Source: an uncultured Hormoscilla sp.
Lineage (GTDB): Bacteria > Cyanobacteriota > Cyanobacteriia > Cyanobacteriales > Desertifilaceae
DNA: 64,000 bases
NCBI GenBank assembly: GCA_963921275.4
Contig: OZ001293.3
Coordinates: forward strand, 224,001 to 288,000
Direction of reading: 5' to 3'
Shown one piece after another: positions 58,190-64,000 of this stretch; position 1 is the first letter of the stretch, and every line of letters starts with the position of its first letter. The translations under genes and the position numbers were made by a program. A model generated the notes under the pieces. The model was not told the DNA's origin. It made no database searches and saw only the letters and a list, made by a program, of their open reading frames with translations.

Positions 58190-59185
58190 ATGGCTCGTAT
58201 GTACTATGATGCTGATGCTAACTTGGACTTGTTAGCTAAGAAAAAAATTGCCATAATTGGTTATGGTTCCCAAGGACATGCCCATGCCCTGAATCTGAAA
58301 GACAGTGGGATGGATGTTATGGTGGGACTATATCCGGGTAGTAAATCTCAGGCCAAGGCGGAAGCAGCAGGCTTAAAAGTCCTGGCAGTGGCCGAGGCGG
58401 CGGCAGCAGCTGACTTGATGACGATCCTGTTGCCCGATGAGGTGCAAAAGAAAGTCTATACTAACGAAATTTCCCCCCATCTGACGGCAGGTAAGACCCT
58501 GGCCTTTGCCCACGGGTTTAATATTCATTTTGGTCAGGTGGTTCCCCCACCCGAGGTGGATGTAATCATGGTGGCACCGAAGGGCCCCGGTCATCTGGTG
58601 CGCCGCACCTACGAACAGGGTGAAGGGGTTCCCTGTCTGTTTGCTGTCTATCAGGATGCCACGGGACAAGCACGGGATATGGCTATGGCCTATGCTAAGG
58701 GCATCGGCGGCACTCGCGGCGGCATCCTGGAAACGACTTTCCGCGAAGAAACGGAAACAGATTTGTTTGGGGAACAGGCGGTCCTTTGCGGCGGCTTGAG
58801 TGCTTTAATCAAGGCAGGCTTTGAAACCCTAGTGACCGCTGGCTATCAGCCGGAGTTGGCCTATTTTGAATGTCTCCATGAGGTGAAGCTGATTGTGGAT
58901 TTGGTCGTGGAAGGGGGATTGGCCAAGATGCGCGATAGTATCTCTAATACGGCTGAGTATGGAGATTACACTCGCGGCCCCCGCATCGTTACTGATGAAA
59001 CTCGCGCGGAAATGCACAAGATTCTCTCGGAAATTCAATCTGGCCAGTTCGCCCGGGAGTTCGTTCTGGAAAATCAAGCTGGAAAACCCGGTTTTACCTC
59101 TATGCGCCGTCAGGAAGCGGAACACCTTATAGAAGAGGTGGGTAAGGACTTGCGGGCCATGTTTAGCTGGTTGAAGAAGGCTTAG
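58190..59185 (+). CDS. ilvC: Ketol-acid reductoisomerase
   Basis: [33 protein letters not shown]; start at ATG58190. Confidence 0.97.
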   Translation: MARMYYDADANLDLLAKKKIAIIGYGSQGHAHALNLKDSGMDVMVGLYPGSKSQAKAEAAGLKVLAVAEAAAAADLMTILLPDEVQKKVYTNEISPHLTAGKTLAFAHGFNIHFGQVVPPPEVDVIMVAPKGPGHLVRRTYEQGEGVPCLFAVYQDATGQARDMAMAYAKGIGGTRGGILETTFREETETDLFGEQAVLCGGLSALIKAGFETLVTAGYQPELAYFECLHEVKLIVDLVVEGGLAKMRDSISNTAEYGDYTRGPRIVTDETRAEMHKILSEIQSGQFAREFVLENQAGKPGFTSMRRQEAEHLIEEVGKDLRAMFSWLKKA

Positions 59186-59335
59186 TTAGGGTCCGATTTT
59201 TCCGGAACGGTTCTCCAGAATGAATTAAGAAACCAGGTTTTTTCTATACGCGGCGCGCGACGCAGGGGCGCTAAAAACCTGGTTTCTGGGCAAAAGAGTG
59301 AATATGGCCGCAGCTTTATTAGGGTTAAAACCATA

Positions 59336-59660
59336 AATTTGCCGGGAAAAAACCTCGCCATTCAGGTTTTAGACATGAATTTACCGGGAAAAAACCTCGC
59401 CATTCAGGTTTTAGACATGAATTTACCGGGAAAAAACCTCGCCATTCAGGTTTTAGACATAAATTTGCCGGGAAAAAACCTCGCCATTCAGGTTTTAGAC
59501 ATGAATTTATCGGGGAAAAACCTCGCCATTCAGGTTTTAGACATGAATTTATCGGGGAAAAACCTCGCCATTCAGGTTTTAGACATGAATTTGTCGGGAA
59601 AAAACCTCGCCATTCAGGTTTTAGACATGAATTTGTCGGGGAAAAACCTCGCCATTCAGG
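59336..59660. repeat. 42-bp tandem repeat, ~7.7 copies
   Basis: AATTTRYCGGGRAAAAACCTCGCCATTCAGGTTTTAGACATR. Confidence 0.95.
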
Positions 59661-59723
59661 CGCCCCCACACCGCCGCCCCACACCGCCGCCCCACACCGC
59701 CGCCCCACCCTAAAGGGATGGGG

Positions 59724-59975
59724 CTACATTACAAAGTCCGCCTGGGCGGGCTTTCCATCAGTTTTCACCCCGGAAGCACTAAAGTGCTTACTACGAACGG
59801 GTTGGATTTTTGGCCTCCAGTCGGGAATTAGTTCCATCATCGCTTCGTTTAAGCTAGTGCGCGTCTTCAGGCTTGCTGGTCCTAGGGGTTCGGGTAGGAA
59901 GCGATCGCCCAAAAACACGAACAGTAAGAACAGGATTGTCAGTACTGCCGCCCCTGATGTGATAGCGTGTTTCAT
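59724..59975 (-). CDS. Small membrane protein with a repeat-derived C-terminus
   Basis: TM, then FLGDRFLPEPLG.AS..TR; VRSKHFSAS is repeat-encoded. Confidence 0.55.
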   Translation of the reverse strand: MKHAITSGAAVLTILFLLFVFLGDRFLPEPLGPASLKTRTSLNEAMMELIPDWRPKIQPVRSKHFSASGVKTDGKPAQADFVM

Positions 59976-60420
59976 GGTTGCGTGAGTCTATCTGACGAAT
60001 AAACTATATCTATATTGCCCAAACTGAAACCGAGATTGCGCTGCGCGCACGCTACGCGATCGCACAAGCAGAATTGACATCGACGGATAGATTCTTGATA
60101 TAATTGGATTTTAGTCGGTTAAACTCAGATTGTCCCCATCCCGATCTCGGGATGCAAAATGGGAGCATGTCAACTTGATATGTCTCCGCGATGTGCATCG
60201 CACATCGGGAGCAGTGCGAGTATGATGTCTTGGGGTTAGTGCGCCTATCGCGTAGCGTGGCGCAGCCATGGGCGTCCCCCTCTGGGAGGACATCAAGCTC
60301 TCCGGAGACATCGAAAGCTTTGACGATTTTGCGCGAAATGCGCGATCGGGGTGTAGTCTGAGATGGAGGGGCATCGGACGATTATGCTTACTTGGTAACC
60401 ACAGACCCGAAAGATTCTCC

Positions 60421-60533
60421 GGCGTTGCACAATCACGGGATGATGGGTCTCTTTGCATAAGTCTTAAACGTATACTATAAGCCACTTTTAGTTATGTGCA
60501 AACAATGGCATCATCCCCAAAATGTGCAACGCA
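60421..60533. mobile_element. 113-bp MITE, 8-bp TSD GATTCTCC
   Basis: GGCGTTGCAC..GTGCAACGC ends; same family as 46453. Confidence 0.85.
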
Positions 60534-61093
60534 GATTCTCCTTTGAGTTAGAAGACTCTGGGGAAAAGGAAGAGGATGATGATGATTTCGAGGATGATAT
60601 TTCTCTGGCAGAACAGGTGGCAAGAGAATGGGGTTTAGAGGTGATTGAACCCTGAAATTGCTCATCCATACCCTTGATATCAAATTCGGGTAATTGCACA
60701 TACTTCCCGATCCCCCCCAGCCCCCCGTGGCAATTGGGGGGGAGATCGAAACTCCCCCCCCCAACTTAGCGCTTACCATTACTCACATAATTCAAAACAA
60801 TCTTGAAAGCCTTATGGTGCAAGGGTTTCGATGCTTAACATTGGCTTGGGGATTGACGAATTTGCCCCTCTCTTTCTTGATAAATCCTTCAATTTATTGA
60901 GAATTACTCACCAGGAAATAATCAGGGAAACCCTATCAATTTGTTATATTTGTGAATAGATGTATAAAGATAGCCAAGAGCGATTGTCTATTGTGACATT
61001 CTCCCCCCCTCTGGGGGCTCCCCCACTTCATTAACCACTCCCCCCCCAGAGGGGGCTCCCCCACTCCCTGACAAATGTTAAGAAATATGTGAG

Positions 61094-61214
61094 GGCGTTG
61101 CACTTCGGACAGGATGATGGGTCTCTTTGCATAAGTCTTAAACATAGACTATAAGCCAATTTCAGTAGCGTAGCTTGTGTAAACAATGGCATCATCCCCA
61201 AAATGTGCAACGCC
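61094..61214. mobile_element. 121-bp MITE, 8-bp TSD TATGTGAG
   Basis: GGCGTTGCAC..GTGCAACGCC ends; same family as 46453. Confidence 0.88.
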
Positions 61215-61329
61215 TATGTGAGTAAGGCATAGCAACTTACGGGGGGCTGGGGGGATCCCTTTTTACTGTGGTCGCTCAAACGGATCTGATATGATTAGAT
61301 GAGCAAGCAAGTAAAGACTTTAGTCTTTA

Positions 61330-62733
61330 CTACAAACCCCTTTGCGAACTTGGGCGATCGGGCCAAGGTTGAGCAGCTTCAATTTGGGCTGCCAAAGAGA
61401 TCAGAGTAGTTTCCGCAGCGGTGCGTCCCACTAATTGGACTCCAATGGGTAAACCATTGGAGTCCAAGCCAACGGGAATAGTGATAGCAGGTTGTCCAGT
61501 AGCATTAAAGGGAGGACAGGGGGCGATCCAATTAATTACCCGTTGGATAATTTCTTCGGGACTGAAGGCCCCCCACTCGCCAATTTTCATTGGCCCATGC
61601 AGATACACGGGTAAAACCAACACATCCACATCTGAGAAAAAAGCTACGATCGATCGGGCGACAGACTGCATCTTCGATACAGCCTGTAGGTACTCTCCAG
61701 CATCACAAGTTTGCTCCAACAGCCAACAATTAACCGGATCGTTTAGCAATTCCTCGGGAATACTGGCAGCAGCAATCCCGGACTGCCAAACCCTAGTAAA
61801 AGGAGCAATCAATTCACTAAAATCAGGACAACCAGGTGTAACCGCGTGACCCAGATCTGCCAGCAGTCTGGCAGTTGACAAGACTGCCTGGGAGTAGTCA
61901 CTAGATGCCTCGCCGATGGGTGGTATAGTAGTGCTAAAGGCAATGCGCAAAGATCCTACGGTCGAACGGGCCGCTTCGGCGAAAGCAATTTCCGGATCGG
62001 GTAACCAATAGGGGTCCCCAGTCATGTAGCCCGCGATCGTATCTAGCATCGCCGCCGCATCAGCAACAGTGCGGGCGATCGGACCGGCGATGGCAATACC
62101 GCTGAGTCTATCCCCCACAGGTGCATGAGAAACCCGACCGCGAGAGGGTTTCAAACCTACTAAACCACAGCAAGCAGCGGGAATGCGAAGAGAACCACCG
62201 CCATCAGAACCATGGGCGATCGGGCAAAGTCCAGCGGCCACTGCCGTCCCTGACCCACCACTGGAGCCACCGGAAGTATAATCAGCATGCCAGGGATTGC
62301 GAGTCGGAGGGAAGCCTGGGGGTTCAGTAAAAGGTAGGGTCCCCAGTTGAGAAGTCGCCGTTTTCCCCAGAATAATAAATCCCGCTTGACGCAGGCGCGT
62401 GACTATTCCCCAATCGTAGCTTGCTGGCTTTTCTTCCATTAATGCTCGTACCCCGTAGCTGCAAGGCACGCCTGCAACCGGTATCAAATCTTTAATCCCG
62501 ATCGGCACCCCAAAGAAAGGTGGCAGTTCGGAGGAGTTTTGAGTTACAATCTCACTTTTAGCGCGAGCATCCGCGATCGCCTGTTCTGCCATTACAGTCA
62601 CATATGCACCCAGCTGGCCATCCAGCTGCTGGATGCGTTGCAAGTAAAGTTCCACCAAATCCACTGGCGACACTTCTTTTGTGCGAACTAGACGCGCTTG
62701 TTCTAAAGCTGGGGTAAAAGCTAAATCTGTCAT
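61330..62733 (-). CDS. Amidase signature family protein
   Basis: [28 protein letters not shown]. Confidence 0.92.
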   Translation of the reverse strand: MTDLAFTPALEQARLVRTKEVSPVDLVELYLQRIQQLDGQLGAYVTVMAEQAIADARAKSEIVTQNSSELPPFFGVPIGIKDLIPVAGVPCSYGVRALMEEKPASYDWGIVTRLRQAGFIILGKTATSQLGTLPFTEPPGFPPTRNPWHADYTSGGSSGGSGTAVAAGLCPIAHGSDGGGSLRIPAACCGLVGLKPSRGRVSHAPVGDRLSGIAIAGPIARTVADAAAMLDTIAGYMTGDPYWLPDPEIAFAEAARSTVGSLRIAFSTTIPPIGEASSDYSQAVLSTARLLADLGHAVTPGCPDFSELIAPFTRVWQSGIAAASIPEELLNDPVNCWLLEQTCDAGEYLQAVSKMQSVARSIVAFFSDVDVLVLPVYLHGPMKIGEWGAFSPEEIIQRVINWIAPCPPFNATGQPAITIPVGLDSNGLPIGVQLVGRTAAETTLISLAAQIEAAQPWPDRPSSQRGL

Positions 62734-62787
62734 TTGTTAATTGTTAGTAGCGTAGCTTGTAGGGCGGGCGGATCGCCTGCCCAGAGG

Positions 62788-63648
62788 TTACCAGTCATCA
62801 GTCACGGCTTCACCAGTCCCCACTGGGGAGCGATCAGTCAAGATATCACAGCCATCAGCCGTCACTAACACGGTATGTTCAAATTGAGCGGACAACTTAT
62901 TATCCATAGTTTCCACAGTCCAGCGGTCTGGCAAAACCCGAGTAAACTTAGAACCAGCATTGACAATAGGTTCGATCGCCAGAGTCATGCCCGGTCGGAG
63001 TTTAACATTAGGTAGGGCGCGGGTGCGGAAATGAAATACAGCCGGTTCTTCATGGAGATTGCGACCCACACCATGACCCGTGAAATTTTCTACCACAGAA
63101 AAGCTATGAGCTCGGACATAGTCCTCGATCGCGCCAGCGATATCCAGCAAATGATTACCTGCTTTTACCTGTTCAATGCCCTGTGAGAGGGCTTCTTGGG
63201 CCACCCGCATCAGTTTAAGCGCTGCTGGTTTGACCTTACCCACAGCAATAGTAATACAGGAATCTCCGTGAAAGCCTTGATAGCAAGCACCCATATCTAC
63301 CTTTAACAGGTCTCCAGAACGCAGAACCTTCTTAGGAGAAGGGATACCATGGACCACTTGATTGTTCACGCAGACGCAGATGGAAGCCGGGAAACCGTGG
63401 TAACCTTTAAAGCTAGGGGTAGCACCCATTTCCCTGATGCGCTTTTCCCCATAGGCATCCAAGTCAGCGGTAGTCATTCCTGGTCTGGCAATTTCCGAGA
63501 TTTCCTGGAGTACCGTTGCTACAATCTTCCCGCTAGTGCGCATGATGGCGATTTCCGAGGGTGACTTGGTCTCAATTCTACGCCCTTTTGTGCTCAAGCG
63601 CGTCTCCCCAGAGGCTCTCGAAAACAGATTGGCAAAAATATTTTTCAT
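62788..63648 (-). CDS. map: Methionine aminopeptidase type I
   Basis: VVHGIP, D..GDS, GHGVG..LHEEP, AIEP, SAQFEHT. Confidence 0.95.
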   Translation of the reverse strand: MKNIFANLFSRASGETRLSTKGRRIETKSPSEIAIMRTSGKIVATVLQEISEIARPGMTTADLDAYGEKRIREMGATPSFKGYHGFPASICVCVNNQVVHGIPSPKKVLRSGDLLKVDMGACYQGFHGDSCITIAVGKVKPAALKLMRVAQEALSQGIEQVKAGNHLLDIAGAIEDYVRAHSFSVVENFTGHGVGRNLHEEPAVFHFRTRALPNVKLRPGMTLAIEPIVNAGSKFTRVLPDRWTVETMDNKLSAQFEHTVLVTADGCDILTDRSPVGTGEAVTDDW

Positions 63649-64000
63649 CCGGTCAGGCTTACGTTAAGTTATATTGAATATTGTAAACTTATAATTAGAA
63701 GGATACCCCAGATCTGCCCTCACCCAGTCCCATGACAGCTGATGTTGCCTGTCGGACCCGGCGAAAATATACCTTGACAGGAGTGGTACAATATCTTAAC
63801 TCTGTGTCAAAGGATATTTTGAAGCGCTAAGGGACTTCCAAATAAAAAAATCACCAATCTCTGAGCAGAGAGCAGGGAGCAGAGAGCAGGGAGTAGGGAG
63901 CAGGAGGAGTAAAAAAAAGCAGGTCAACTCCTTAAATTGGAGAATTTATTTTTTGCAGTTCCCTAAAGCGCTGACTACAAACCAATCACCGAAAGCAAGT

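Noticed and set aside
59336..59660. Possible CRISPR array or real 124/127-aa proteins
   Set aside because: Head-to-tail repeats without spacers; the ORFs follow from the 42-nt period
60795..60835. CRISPR leader-like AAAGCCTT..AAGGGTTTC motif
   Set aside because: No repeat-spacer array follows
63862..63908. GAGCAGG/GAGCAGA heptamer run (similar heptamer runs at ~3150-3230, ~34350 and ~43615)
   Set aside because: Ordinary cyanobacterial short tandem heptamer repeats

Overview
Chromosomal window from a cyanobacterium (frequent HIP1 GCGATCGC octamers; probably a filamentous Oscillatoriales-type genome, which is inference). The housekeeping backbone is tsaE, a YvcK-family gene, mlaF/mlaD-like genes, an ftsL-like gene and ftsI, yyaL, a P450, phosphoketolase, nth, xth, coaD, a cdv3-like gene, ppc, phoD, lpxB-lpxA-fabZ-lpxC-bamA, purC, ilvC, an amidase and map. 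It is heavily colonised by mobile DNA and contains many pseudogenes. Mobile content: seven group II introns or intron pieces (a twintron, a 218-nt internally deleted intron, ORF-less introns and one RT-encoding intron lacking D5/D6), an IS200-like tyrosine transposase in a REP array, a decayed ISKra4-like IS with same-ended MITEs, further MITE families with clear target-site duplications, and short palindromic elements inside open reading frames of core genes. Top observation: an unannotated IS110/IS621-type bridge-RNA-like sequence (~31635-31820, minus strand) whose putative target guides spell the REP palindrome AGCCCGC-CT-GCGCG of this genome. Its element end lies at that CT core inside a REP copy, and a foreign nucleotidyltransferase + glycosyltransferase-like cassette replaces the 5' part of the recombinase. 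A compact KAS III (DarB/StlD-like) + heme-oxygenase-like diiron enzyme + unknown-protein operon is a candidate orphan lipid/natural-product pathway. All assignments were made by eye; no database searches or folding were run.
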